Shown here one piece after another: positions 22,013 through 31,491 of a stretch of 64,000 bases of DNA. The DNA is from Minisyncoccota bacterium (GTDB lineage: Bacteria; Patescibacteriota; Minisyncoccia; Phycocordibacterales; SBAW01), in assembly GCA_035549255.1 (NCBI GenBank), contig DASZRD010000007.1, positions 1,104-65,103 of the forward strand, read 5' to 3'. The notes under the pieces are model-generated. The model ran no database searches, was not told where the DNA came from, and saw nothing but the letters and a program-made list of their open reading frames with translations. Made by a program: the position numbers and the translations under genes. Every line of letters starts with the position of its first letter. Within the stretch, counting starts at the first letter, position 1.

Positions 22013-22346
22013 TCAGTGCCATCGGTGAGCCGTCGCCTTTGCGCGGGAGCATCTTGACGATGCGGGTATAGCCGCCCGTGCGTTCCTTGTAGGAGGCCGC
22101 GGTCTTGATGAGCTTGTTAGCGACGGTAGCGTCGCCGAGCTGCGAGATGAGCATACGGCGGTTAGCAAGCGTATCAGTTCTGCCGCGCGTGAGCATCTTC
22201 TCAACCACGGGGCGGATCTCCTTGGCCTTAGCCTCGGTCGTAATGATCTTGCCCTTGATGACCAGCGAGCGGGCAAGCGACTTCAGCAAAGCTTCGCGAG
22301 CCCCCTTCTCCCTGCCGAATTTTCTGTTGTGGTTGTGGTGACGCAT
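21999..22346 (-). CDS. rplQ: 50S ribosomal protein L17
   Basis: 115 aa with N-terminal MRHHNHNRKFGR, typical of L17. It follows rpoA. Confidence 0.9.
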   Translation of the reverse strand: MRHHNHNRKFGREKGAREALLKSLARSLVIKGKIITTEAKAKEIRPVVEKMLTRGRTDTLANRRMLISQLGDATVANKLIKTAASYKERTGGYTRIVKMLPRKGDGSPMALIEFV

Positions 22347-22364
22347 ACGGGTGCCGTGATGGAA

Positions 22365-23324
22365 TTACTTCAGGATGATACCGAAATTCGCCAAAGCGCG
22401 CTTCACTTCCTGGATCGCCTTGGGGCCCATGCCCTCGATCTCGAGGAGATCCTCCTCCTTTTTGCGCGCAAGGCCGCCGACGGTGCGGATGTTGGCCTTC
22501 TCGAGCGAGGAAATCGTGCGGCTGGAGAGCTCGAGGTCCTCGATGCGGGTCTTCATGACCTCGGCGGAGTTGTCCGGAGCGGCAACGCCCTCGGCAGCAC
22601 CCTCGGCGGGCGCCGATTCAGGCATCTCTTCCTCGCGGAAGCCGACCACGGCCTTGAGCTGCGTGATCATGATCTCGATCGACTGCTCAAGCGCCGCGCG
22701 CGGGGCGATGGTGCCGTCGGTCTCGATCGAGATGCGCAGGCGGTTGAAATCGGTGCGGTCGCCGACGCGCATGTTTTCCACTTCATAGTTGACGCGGCGG
22801 ATCGGGCTGAAGATGGCGTCGACGGAGATCTCGCCGATCTCGACTCGCTCCTTCTTGAGCGCTTCGCGCGGGACGTAGCCAAGCCCCCGCTCGATCGTAA
22901 ACTCGGCGCTCAATTCAGAATTCTTGTCGGTAAGCTCGCAGATATAGGCATCCGGATTGAGGAGGCGCACCTGGCCGGGGACCTGGAGGTCGGCGCCGGT
23001 GACTTTCTTCGGGCCCTTGGCTGAGAGCGTCACGCGCTGGCTCTCGCCGCCAATGATCTCGAAGCGGAGCTTCTTGAGGTTGAGGAGCACCGTTACAACG
23101 TCCTCCTTGAGGCCGCTTACGGTCGAGAACTCATGCTCAACGCCCTCGATCTTTACCGAGGTAACCGCCGCGCCCGGGAGGCTCGAGAGGATGATGCGGC
23201 GAAGGCTGTTGCCTAGCGTATGGCCGTAGCCCGGGTAGAGGCCGTCGATCTCATAGACGCCCGACATCTCCTCCTCGGAGACGACGCGGGGCTTGCTCGG
23301 CAATGTAATTGAATACTCCATCAT
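22365..23324 (-). CDS. rpoA: DNA-directed RNA polymerase subunit alpha
   Basis: 319 aa with an N-terminal dimerisation domain and a C-terminal alpha-CTD (...IEGMGPKAIQEVKRAL...). Confidence 0.9.
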   Translation of the reverse strand: MMEYSITLPSKPRVVSEEEMSGVYEIDGLYPGYGHTLGNSLRRIILSSLPGAAVTSVKIEGVEHEFSTVSGLKEDVVTVLLNLKKLRFEIIGGESQRVTLSAKGPKKVTGADLQVPGQVRLLNPDAYICELTDKNSELSAEFTIERGLGYVPREALKKERVEIGEISVDAIFSPIRRVNYEVENMRVGDRTDFNRLRISIETDGTIAPRAALEQSIEIMITQLKAVVGFREEEMPESAPAEGAAEGVAAPDNSAEVMKTRIEDLELSSRTISSLEKANIRTVGGLARKKEEDLLEIEGMGPKAIQEVKRALANFGIILK

Positions 23325-23382
23325 ACTTTTATAAAAACTTAATAACTAAATTCTTTTTTAATTTCGCCTCGTAAACTCGGCA

Positions 23383-23997
23383 TTAGCGGCTGTAGAACTG
23401 GATGATAACGCCCGCGTTAAACGGCATCTCGGTCGGAGCGATGCTGGGCGCAGTCTTCATCGTGACGGAAAAGCCCTGGTCGCCCGCCTCAAGCCAAGCC
23501 GGAAGCTTGGTTTCGGCCGCGGCATCGGTGCGGTTGGCAAACAAGGGACTCGTGCGGCTCTCCTGGCGGATCACGACGGTGTCGCCGACCTCAACCTTGT
23601 AGGACGGGACGTTCATGCGCTTGCCGTTCACCGTCACGTGGCCATGGGAGACGAGCTGGCGGGCGGCGCGGCGGGTCTTTACGAAGCCGGCGCGGAAGAC
23701 GACGTTGTCGAGGCGCGACTCGAGGCGGGAAATGAGCGCAGTCGAGGAATCTGCGCCGCGCGCCTCCATCGCCTCGCTGGCGTAGCGGTAGAACTGGCTC
23801 TCGGTAAGGCCGTAGGTAAAGCGCGCCTTCTGCTTTTCCAAAAGTTGCGCGCCGAAGTCGCTCCCGCCGCCGCGCTTGCCGCGGGGCATCTTGCGAGGCG
23901 ACCGGGCCTCGGCGAGCTGGAACTTGGCCGTCTGGCACTTCTCGAAGACGGAGGCGCCGAGTCGCTTGCAGATTTTGTACTTAGGTCCTACCAACAT
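23383..23997 (-). CDS. rpsD: 30S ribosomal protein S4
   Basis: 204 aa with an N-terminal GPKYKICKRLG zinc-ribbon-like region and an S4 domain. Confidence 0.9.
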   Translation of the reverse strand: MLVGPKYKICKRLGASVFEKCQTAKFQLAEARSPRKMPRGKRGGGSDFGAQLLEKQKARFTYGLTESQFYRYASEAMEARGADSSTALISRLESRLDNVVFRAGFVKTRRAARQLVSHGHVTVNGKRMNVPSYKVEVGDTVVIRQESRTSPLFANRTDAAAETKLPAWLEAGDQGFSVTMKTAPSIAPTEMPFNAGVIIQFYSR

Positions 23998-24023
23998 AAA
24001 AGATTAAAGATATATACGATTGA

Positions 24024-24452
24024 TTACACGCGGCGGGGCTTCGGCGGCCGCGGGCCGTTGTGCGGGACCGGCGTCTCGTCCTTGATCGAGGAAATGTGTA
24101 TCCCTTTGGTCGTAAAGGCGCGGATCGAGGACTCGCGGCCGGAGCCGACACCCTTGACCACGACCGATACCTCGCGCACGCCCATCTGGGATGCCTTGTC
24201 CGAAAGCAATTCGCCTACCTTCGCGGCCGCGAACGGGGTGCCTTTCTTGGCGCCCGAGAAGCCCAAGGAACCGCTCGAGGACCACAGCAAAATATTGCCC
24301 ATCGGGTCGGCAAGGGAAACCTTGGTATTATTGTAGGTCGCCTCGACGAAGAGGATCCCAGTGTCGAGCTTGCGCTTGGGCGAACGGGAAGATGCCGCGC
24401 TCCCGGCGCCACCGCTCTCCCCTCCTTTTTTGACTATTCGTTTCTTACCCAT
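24024..24452 (-). CDS. rpsK: 30S ribosomal protein S11
   Basis: 142 aa S11 fold in the conserved position between S13 and S4. Confidence 0.9.
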   Translation of the reverse strand: MGKKRIVKKGGESGGAGSAASSRSPKRKLDTGILFVEATYNNTKVSLADPMGNILLWSSSGSLGFSGAKKGTPFAAAKVGELLSDKASQMGVREVSVVVKGVGSGRESSIRAFTTKGIHISSIKDETPVPHNGPRPPKPRRV

Positions 24453-24495
24453 AGGTATTCTTTAAGTCTGATGCTGCAGTAGATTACAATATATT

Positions 24496-24873
24496 TTACG
24501 TCTTTTCAACCTTGCGGCGGCCCGAGCCCATGGTCTTACGGACGTTGCCGCGCACGGTGCGCGAGTTGGTCTTGGTGCGCTGGCCGCGGACCGGGAGCTT
24601 CTTCTGGTGGCGCACTCCGCGGTAAGCCCCGATGTCCTTGAGGCGCTTGACGTTGCCCGCGACCTCGCGCTTGAGGTCGCCCTCGAGCTTGAGGGTCTCG
24701 AGCACGCGGCGCAGCGCCGCCTCTTCGTCGGCAGAAAGCTCATCCATCTTCTTAGCGGCATCTACCTTTGCCTGCTCGCAGATCGTGCGGCCAAGCGGAA
24801 CACCCACGCCATAAAGCGTTGCGAGGGAGTACGGGAGTCTTTTATTAGGAAGTGTGATGCCTGAAATACGCAT
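24496..24873 (-). CDS. rpsM: 30S ribosomal protein S13
   Basis: The track ORF begins at a non-ATG codon. The internal ATG (Met31 of the track protein, MRISGITLPNKR...) gives a 125-aa S13 with a 14-nt gap to rpmJ. Confidence 0.85.
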   Translation of the reverse strand: MRISGITLPNKRLPYSLATLYGVGVPLGRTICEQAKVDAAKKMDELSADEEAALRRVLETLKLEGDLKREVAGNVKRLKDIGAYRGVRHQKKLPVRGQRTKTNSRTVRGNVRKTMGSGRRKVEKT

Positions 24874-24887
24874 ATAGAAATTTGGCA

Positions 24888-25001
24888 TTAGCCCTGGCGC
24901 TGCTTGTGGCGCGGGTTGCTGCACGTCACATAGATCCGCCCTTTGCGGCGGACCAGCTTGCAATTGGCGCAGCGGGTGTGAATCGATGATTTTACCTTCA
25001 T
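24888..25001 (-). CDS. rpmJ: 50S ribosomal protein L36
   Basis: Not in the track because it is under 60 aa. Reverse-complement translation gives [37 protein letters not shown] (37 aa, zinc-ribbon L36) between infA and rpsM. Coordinates were derived relative to flanking track ORFs and may be off by 1. Confidence 0.8.
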   Translation of the reverse strand: MKVKSSIHTRCANCKLVRRKGRIYVTCSNPRHKQRQG

Positions 25002-25005
25002 GTCC

Positions 25006-25215
25006 TTACATTCTGCGGGTGATCCGCGCCTTCCCGCCGTAGGGGTCAAGCTTGAGGGTCACTTTGTCGCCCACCAGGACCTTGATCCGGTGCAGGCGCA
25101 TTTTGCCCGCCAGGTACGCAAGAATAGTCTCGCCCCCTTCAAGGGTTACCTTAAAGAGGGTGTTAGGGAGCGCCTCGTCGACGACACCCGATACTTCCTT
25201 ATCCTGGTTCTCCAT
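25006..25215 (-). CDS. infA: translation initiation factor IF-1
   Basis: 69 aa S1-like OB fold (...[16 protein letters not shown]...). Confidence 0.9.
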   Translation of the reverse strand: MENQDKEVSGVVDEALPNTLFKVTLEGGETILAYLAGKMRLHRIKVLVGDKVTLKLDPYGGKARITRRM

Positions 25216-25280
25216 TACGAGCGTTTCCTATAGTACCAAGACTCACTTTTGGTGTCAATAATCCCCTTAGGCAGCAAGCG

Positions 25281-26558
25281 TTACTGGGCGGCCTGCGTCC
25301 CGGTTACTACCTGGACTTTATCAGGGTCGCTCGGGAAAGTGCCCTCCCAGAACGGACGCACCTTTGCCTCGGCGCGCGCGACGGCGGGCGCCATCGACTG
25401 GATGATGCTTTGGAACTCCGACTTCGGCTTGCCGATGATGGCTGCTTTGATCGCCGCTGGGTCGTATTGCCATACGAGCGTCGGCGTGCCGGAGATAGCG
25501 ATCGTAATCGTACCGCCCGAAGAAGTGCTGGTCGCCGACGATATTGATATCTGGCTCGCGTCGGCGAAGCCGACAGCCTCGCCGTTGTAGCCCGTCACCG
25601 TCTGTTTGGCGATCGCGGCCGCGAGGTCGCCCATGGGCACAATATCCCCGCTCATGGTAGCGCTCTGCGACAGCGTCGCGGTCGAGCCCTGTCCTGGCGT
25701 CTGCGTGATATCGCTGAAGGTCACCTGGAGAGTGCCGGGGATAGCGAGATAGCTCGCCGGGATCTGCGAAGCAAGCGAGGATTGCGCCGCCTGGCTGAGG
25801 CCCTGCTTGAGCATATCGCTCGCCTTGGTAAGGTCGGCATCCGCAATGGCCGGCTCCGCGCCGACGAACCCGCCCGAGATGGCGCTCCCCTGCGCGTAGA
25901 ATTGGTCGTAGCGCGGGTCGCCCTTGAAGCCCGGTATCGTGAAGCGCGTATCAGACGCGATGTTGTAGTCGGCGCCCGGAGAGTCGGCGTACACGATGGC
26001 GCTTGCTGAACCGGGGGTCGACGAGTCGCTTGCGGCAGGCACGACCACCGAATCATGAACGCGATAAATCTTGCCGTTGGGGGCCTCGAAACGCGTGTTG
26101 GCGATAAGGCGCTGGGAGGAAGCCGTGGCATTGTAGATCGTAATGGGGCCGGATGCGCTGCGCGACACCTGCTTGGTGCCGCTTGCTGGGACGGTCGTCG
26201 TGGCGGAACGCGTTACGGTCATGATCGCGTAGCCGAGATTTCCCGCAGGCGGATTGAGCGCGGCGGTAAGCGTTGCGGGGGGCGTGACCTGCTGCTCTTT
26301 GGGATAGACCGTCACGGTCGCACCGGCGAAAAGGGTTGAGAGCAGAAGGCCGCCAACAGCGCACAGCAAGATCACTACGCCGGCGATGATATAGAAAAGG
26401 CGCTTGCCGCCGCCGCGCGGCCGGCGGCGGATCATCGGCGGGTGCTCCTGCATCGCCACTTCATCGGCGATATCGTCTTGCGCTGCGGGGGCGCGGCGGC
26501 GGGAACTCACGGGAATATTGCGTATAGAGCGCCTTTCTGGCGGTACCATGTCGCGCAT
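25281..26558 (-). CDS. hypothetical bitopic membrane protein with large Thr/Ser/Ala-rich extracytoplasmic domain
   Basis: 425 aa with a basic cytoplasmic N-terminus (~60 aa), one TM helix and a ~340-aa low-complexity ectodomain. No recognisable catalytic motif. Confidence 0.45.
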   Translation of the reverse strand: MRDMVPPERRSIRNIPVSSRRRAPAAQDDIADEVAMQEHPPMIRRRPRGGGKRLFYIIAGVVILLCAVGGLLLSTLFAGATVTVYPKEQQVTPPATLTAALNPPAGNLGYAIMTVTRSATTTVPASGTKQVSRSASGPITIYNATASSQRLIANTRFEAPNGKIYRVHDSVVVPAASDSSTPGSASAIVYADSPGADYNIASDTRFTIPGFKGDPRYDQFYAQGSAISGGFVGAEPAIADADLTKASDMLKQGLSQAAQSSLASQIPASYLAIPGTLQVTFSDITQTPGQGSTATLSQSATMSGDIVPMGDLAAAIAKQTVTGYNGEAVGFADASQISISSATSTSSGGTITIAISGTPTLVWQYDPAAIKAAIIGKPKSEFQSIIQSMAPAVARAEAKVRPFWEGTFPSDPDKVQVVTGTQAAQ

Positions 26559-26564
26559 ATGAGA

Positions 26565-27539
26565 TCAGTATATACCGAATTTTTTATCGACAAAGAGCGC
26601 TTCGAGCATGAGGGGGACATCGGGGGCGAGCGCGTGCGCGGCGATATGCGGAGCAACGTGGCTCGCGCGCAGCGCCTGCACGACGCTTCCTTCGGGGAAA
26701 AGCGCATTGGCCTGCGCGCTGCGCGCGAGCGAGCGCGCAAAAAAAGCCTCGCTCGGCGTCGGAGCGATGACGATCACGCTGCGCGCGGGAGCTGTCGGGA
26801 TAAGCTCCGCCGCCGCTTCGCTGAACTGCTGCGCGAAATGGTTCCCCCCGGCTTCGAGCGCCTCGTGCGCCGCTTCCCCTTCGGCCCGCGAGGCAAGCGT
26901 TACCAAAGAGCGCGCCTCTCGCGCTGAGAAGCCGCCGTGCGAGACGGCTGTGCGCAGGATTGTCGAAAGCCCAACGGGGACGGTCGCGCGCCCGCGGACC
27001 ATCCCGTCCTCGATAAGCAGCAATTCGGACACCTCCCCACCGACGAGGCATAGCATCGCGGCGCGCTCAAATGGGAAGAGCGAAAGCGCGCCGTGCGCTG
27101 CGGCGGTGCCGAATGGATGCGCGCTCATGGAATGCTGGCCAAGGATATCCCGCGCAAGGTCGCTTATATGCTCGGTCATGTGCGGCAGGTAATCAGCCGT
27201 GCCGCCCGCAAGATGCATGGCCGCCCACGGCGGGGCATAAAAGGTCGCGACGTGGGCGATCTTCCCGGTCGGCGCAAGTTCTTCACGGCCGCGCACGCGC
27301 GAAGCAACCTCGCTGATATGCTCAATTGCCTTGCGCGCGGCAAGAAGCGCTTCGCGCGAAAGCTCGACCGAGCCGCGCGTCGAAAGCAAGGGAATTTCTA
27401 TACGCGTCTGCGCAAAGAGTTTGGGAGCTTCGTGAGGCGCAATGCGCACCAATGCGCCGGCAACACTGCCGCTCTCGATATCGACAAGCGCTATAGTCTT
27501 TCCCTGCTTGAGGTTTTTCTTCCCGAACATCGGGGACAT
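26565..27539 (-). CDS. actin-fold (ASKHA) ATPase, divergent FtsA/PilM-like
   Basis: 324 aa. The N-terminal IALVDIESGSVAGALV phosphate-1-like motif and a later LVGGEVSELLLIEDG segment resemble FtsA/PilM. Similarity is weak. Confidence 0.4.
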   Translation of the reverse strand: MSPMFGKKNLKQGKTIALVDIESGSVAGALVRIAPHEAPKLFAQTRIEIPLLSTRGSVELSREALLAARKAIEHISEVASRVRGREELAPTGKIAHVATFYAPPWAAMHLAGGTADYLPHMTEHISDLARDILGQHSMSAHPFGTAAAHGALSLFPFERAAMLCLVGGEVSELLLIEDGMVRGRATVPVGLSTILRTAVSHGGFSAREARSLVTLASRAEGEAAHEALEAGGNHFAQQFSEAAAELIPTAPARSVIVIAPTPSEAFFARSLARSAQANALFPEGSVVQALRASHVAPHIAAHALAPDVPLMLEALFVDKKFGIY

Positions 27540-27554
27540 GCCCCAAGTATAGCA

Positions 27555-29423
27555 CTACTCAAGCACCGCTTTGATGCGACGCACGCCCGCCGAAACTGCT
27601 TCTTCTTTTACGATCTTAAAGACGCCCGAGTCGCTCAACTGCGCCGTGTGCTCGACATGCGGGCCGCCGCAGAACTCGATCGAGAATGCGTGGTCGAGCG
27701 GGCCTATAGAGTAGACCGACACACGGTCCGGGTACTTGGCGCCGAATTCGTGTTCGGCATGAAGAGCTTCAGCTTCATCCTTCGGCATCTCTGTTCGGAT
27801 AACCGGCAAATCTTCTGTAATTTTTTCATTGACGATCTCTTCGACGCGCTTCTTCTGTTCGTCGGTCATTTTCTCTCCCCAGGAGAAGTCGATACGCAAG
27901 CGCTCCTGCGTAATGTTGCTGCCGCGCTGATGTACTGAGGGACCGAGTACTTCTTGCAAGGCTTTGAGCAGCAGATGGTGAGCAGTGTGTAGGCGCGTCG
28001 TCTTCTCGCTCGTGTCGGCGAGGCCGCCTTTGAACTTTTGTTCGCTCCCGGCGCGAGAAAGATCCTGATGCTTTTTGAGCAACTCTTTAAATCCTTCGAT
28101 ATCGATCTGCTTGATGCCCTTCTCCCCTGCCTCTTCCATAATAAGCTCGAGCGGGAAGCCATACGTCGTCACGAGTTGGTACGCGCCTTCGGCAGATATA
28201 GCGCCATCTTGGGTAAAACGCGTAAGCTCGCGCAAGCCACGCGCGAGCGTGGCGCGGAAGCGGTCTTCTTCGCGAGAAATTTCCTCGATAATCATGCCCG
28301 GTGTCTCTTGGAGGCTTGGATACGCTTCGCCATAGTCGTCGATCACGGTCTGCGCGGCTTGCGCGAGTGTGCCTTTGGGAACGCCGAGCGTATCGCAGAA
28401 TCTGACCGCGCGGCGCAGCACGCGGCGGATCACATACCCGCGCTCGACATTGCCCGGCCTCCCGCCGTCGGCGATAAGAAATACCGCTGCCTTGATATGA
28501 TCGGCAACGATACGAAAAGCTTTCTTGTTGTCAGCGTATTTTTTGCCCGAAGTTTCTTCAAGCTTTTTGATAATGTTCGCATGATTAACCAAGAAGATAT
28601 CCGGGTTATTCTGCGAGACCATCGTTATGCGCTCGAGTCCGCCGCCGAAGTCGACGTTGCGCTTCGGGAGCTCGCCGAAGGTGCCATCCTCCCTCTTTAT
28701 ATATTGCATAAAGACCGAGTTCCCGATCTCGAGGAAGCGCCCGCAGTCGCAGTTGGGATGACACTCGGGACCGAATTTCGTGTCGTGAGGCGTTCCAAAG
28801 TCATAAAATACCTCCGAGTCAGGCCCGCCTGGCTCGCCCACGGGCATTTTATCTGGCGTGCCCGCGCGCGACCACCAATTTTTCTTCGCGTCGTAGTAGA
28901 ATATGCGCCCGCCCTGCATGCCGACCTGATAGCCATTCTCCTCAGAGCCGATCTCGACGATTTTAGCCTCGATCCCCTTTTGTTTGAAAAGAAGCTGCCA
29001 AATCTCTGCAGATTCAGTATCGCGCGGGACATTGTTCTTCTCATCACCAAGGAACGCGGTCACATAGAGCTTCTCTGGGTCGAGGCCGACGACATCGGTC
29101 AGGAATTCGAAGAACCATGGCAGCTGCTCCTGCTTGAAGTAATCGCCAAGGCTCCAGTTGCCGAGCATTTCGAAGAAGGTCGTATGGCGATTGTCGCCGA
29201 CCTCCTCGATGTCCATCGAGCGGAAGCACTTCTGGCTATCAACTAAACGCACCCCAGCCGGATGGTTTTTGCCAAGGAGGTACGGCACGAGCGGCTGCAT
29301 CCCCGAGCCAGTAAAGAGGGTCGTCGGATCATTCTCGGGCATCAGCGAAGAGCTCGGGATCACCGTGTGCCCCCGCGCCTTAAAAAACTCCAGATATTTT
29401 GAGCGAACCTCGTTGAGTTCCAT
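27555..29423 (-). CDS. alaS: alanine--tRNA ligase, short form lacking C-terminal C-Ala domain
   Basis: The class II AlaRS catalytic core starts at the internal ATG (MELNEVRSKYLEFF...). The tRNA-recognition and editing domains are present. At 622 aa it ends directly after the editing domain. Confidence 0.85.
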   Translation of the reverse strand: MELNEVRSKYLEFFKARGHTVIPSSSLMPENDPTTLFTGSGMQPLVPYLLGKNHPAGVRLVDSQKCFRSMDIEEVGDNRHTTFFEMLGNWSLGDYFKQEQLPWFFEFLTDVVGLDPEKLYVTAFLGDEKNNVPRDTESAEIWQLLFKQKGIEAKIVEIGSEENGYQVGMQGGRIFYYDAKKNWWSRAGTPDKMPVGEPGGPDSEVFYDFGTPHDTKFGPECHPNCDCGRFLEIGNSVFMQYIKREDGTFGELPKRNVDFGGGLERITMVSQNNPDIFLVNHANIIKKLEETSGKKYADNKKAFRIVADHIKAAVFLIADGGRPGNVERGYVIRRVLRRAVRFCDTLGVPKGTLAQAAQTVIDDYGEAYPSLQETPGMIIEEISREEDRFRATLARGLRELTRFTQDGAISAEGAYQLVTTYGFPLELIMEEAGEKGIKQIDIEGFKELLKKHQDLSRAGSEQKFKGGLADTSEKTTRLHTAHHLLLKALQEVLGPSVHQRGSNITQERLRIDFSWGEKMTDEQKKRVEEIVNEKITEDLPVIRTEMPKDEAEALHAEHEFGAKYPDRVSVYSIGPLDHAFSIEFCGGPHVEHTAQLSDSGVFKIVKEEAVSAGVRRIKAVLE

Positions 29424-29520
29424 ACTATATATAGTAGCGCACTCTGGAGCGTATCGTTTTTTGAGGCAAAAGAAAAGGGATGGAAGACTCACGGAAAATG
29501 GAGTACTGTACAATGCGCAT

Positions 29521-31491
29521 ATGAAGAAAGAAAAACTCGTGGGGTTTGATTTGAAGTCTCTTGATACCTCGGTGCGGCCGCAGGATGACTTTTATCATTA
29601 CGCCAACGGCGGCTGGTTAAAAAAGAACAAGATACCGGCGGCGGAGAGCCGCTGGGGCAGCTTCATTGTCCTGCGCGTTGAGGCGGAGAAGAACCTTAAA
29701 AAGATCGTTGACTCTCTGTTGACTAAAAAGAAGCTTACAACCGGAAGCCCTGAACAACTTGTAGGCGATCTCTATCGTTCGGCGATTGATATGCAGACAC
29801 GCAATCGTCTTGGCGCTTCCCCGCTCGGTTCGCTTCGCAGCCGCATACAGGCGGTCGAGTCGCGCGACGATTTGTTGGTACTCATCGGCCACCTCGACCA
29901 GCTTGGGATCGGCGCGCCTTGGCATCCACTTATTGATCAAGACTCTAAAGACAGCTCGCGCTATGCGCTCCACTTCTACCAGGGTGGGCTCGGCCTCCCC
30001 GACCGTGATTATTATCTTAAGGACGAGCCGGAATTCCTGCGCGTACGAAATGCCTATCAAGGCTACATAACCAAGGTCTTCACGCTGTTGGGGTATAACG
30101 CGGCGCACGCGAAGGAGAAGATGGAGACTGTCATGCGCGTCGAGACACGCCTGGCGCAAGCTTCAATGGCCAAGGAGGACAGCCGCGACGCGGAGAAGAT
30201 TTATCACAAGAAGACGCTCCCGCAGCTTCAGAAAGAATTCCCGAGCGTTGAGTGGAAGAAGTATTTCGCCGCCGCGAGGCTCCCCCAGGTGCCATACGTG
30301 ATCGTAGCGCAGCCGAAGTTCCTTACCGCTGCCAGCGAGTTTATCGCGAGTGGCTCGCTTGACGATTGGAAGGTCTACCTCGAGTGGCACCTCGCGAGCG
30401 ACGCGGTCGGCATCCTCTCCGACAAATTCTACAAGGCAGCATTCCAATTCTCGCAAACGCTGACCGGCGTCAAAACGATGAAGCCGCTCTGGCGCCGCGC
30501 GCTCGCGGCGGTCAATGGCGGCCTCGGCGAGCCGCTCGGGCGCATGTATGTGGAGAAATATTTCGATAAGGAAAAGAAGCGCAAGATGGATCAGCTGGTG
30601 AGCAATCTCTTCACTGTCTACGAGAAGCGCATCAAGGAGCTCGATTGGATGAGCGATGCCACCAAGCGCAAGGCTATCAAGAAGCTGCGCATGATTAATC
30701 GTAAGATCGGCTATCCAAAAATTTGGAAATCGTATAAAGGCTTGATTATCAAGCCGAACGAATACTTCGAGAACATGATGCGGCTCACCGAGCACGAGTA
30801 TCGCCGCGAAGTGAAGAAACTGTCGCGCAGTTCGGTCGACCGCGAGGAGTGGTTCATGAGCCCGCAGACGGTCAATGCCTACTGCAACTTCAACCTCAAC
30901 GAGATCGTCTTCCCTGCCGCGATACTCCAGCCGCCATTCTTCAACTTCGCGGCGGACGATGCCTTCAACTACGGCGGCATCGGCGCGGTCATTGGCCATG
31001 AGATGACGCACGCCTTCGACGACCAGGGCGCCAAATTCGACGGCAAGGGCAACATGAAAACCTGGTGGTCGCCGAAAGATAAAAAATTATTCGAAGAGAA
31101 AGGCGAGATAGTGGTCGACCAATACAATCGCTTTACTGTAGCGGACAGCATTGCAGTCAACGGCCAGTTAACGCTCGGCGAAAATATCGCCGACCTGGGC
31201 GGGTTAGTTATCGGCTACGATGCCTATCAAAAGCATTTAAAAACGGCCGGCCGCAAAACTATAGCGGGGCTGACGCCCGAGCAACGCTTCTTCCTCGGCT
31301 TCGCGCAGGCGGAGCGCGAGCTCAACCGCCCTGAAGGATTGAAGACTCGCACGCTCGTCGACCCGCACTCGCCGCCAGAGTTCCGTATCAACGGGCCGCT
31401 CTCGCATTTCGACCCGTTCTATGAAGCTTTCGGCGTCACACCGACTGATAAGCTGTATCGTGCGCCTAAAGACCGAGCTAAGATCTGGTGA
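29521..31491 (+). CDS. pepO: M13 family zinc metallopeptidase (PepO/neprilysin-like endopeptidase)
   Basis: HEMTHAFD (HExxH) plus the ENIADLGG third-ligand motif. The start was trimmed to the internal ATG (MKKEKLVGFD...) because the track ORF overlaps alaS antisense. Confidence 0.85.
   Translation: MKKEKLVGFDLKSLDTSVRPQDDFYHYANGGWLKKNKIPAAESRWGSFIVLRVEAEKNLKKIVDSLLTKKKLTTGSPEQLVGDLYRSAIDMQTRNRLGASPLGSLRSRIQAVESRDDLLVLIGHLDQLGIGAPWHPLIDQDSKDSSRYALHFYQGGLGLPDRDYYLKDEPEFLRVRNAYQGYITKVFTLLGYNAAHAKEKMETVMRVETRLAQASMAKEDSRDAEKIYHKKTLPQLQKEFPSVEWKKYFAAARLPQVPYVIVAQPKFLTAASEFIASGSLDDWKVYLEWHLASDAVGILSDKFYKAAFQFSQTLTGVKTMKPLWRRALAAVNGGLGEPLGRMYVEKYFDKEKKRKMDQLVSNLFTVYEKRIKELDWMSDATKRKAIKKLRMINRKIGYPKIWKSYKGLIIKPNEYFENMMRLTEHEYRREVKKLSRSSVDREEWFMSPQTVNAYCNFNLNEIVFPAAILQPPFFNFAADDAFNYGGIGAVIGHEMTHAFDDQGAKFDGKGNMKTWWSPKDKKLFEEKGEIVVDQYNRFTVADSIAVNGQLTLGENIADLGGLVIGYDAYQKHLKTAGRKTIAGLTPEQRFFLGFAQAERELNRPEGLKTRTLVDPHSPPEFRINGPLSHFDPFYEAFGVTPTDKLYRAPKDRAKIW

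Noticed and set aside
24874-24963. N-terminal 30-codon extension of rpsM in the ORF track
   Set aside because: The track ORF starts at a non-ATG permissive codon and would overlap rpmJ. Conserved S13 begins at the internal ATG (MRISGITLPNKR).
28038-29246. 402-aa plus-strand ORF
   Set aside because: It is antisense to alaS, with no recognisable domain.
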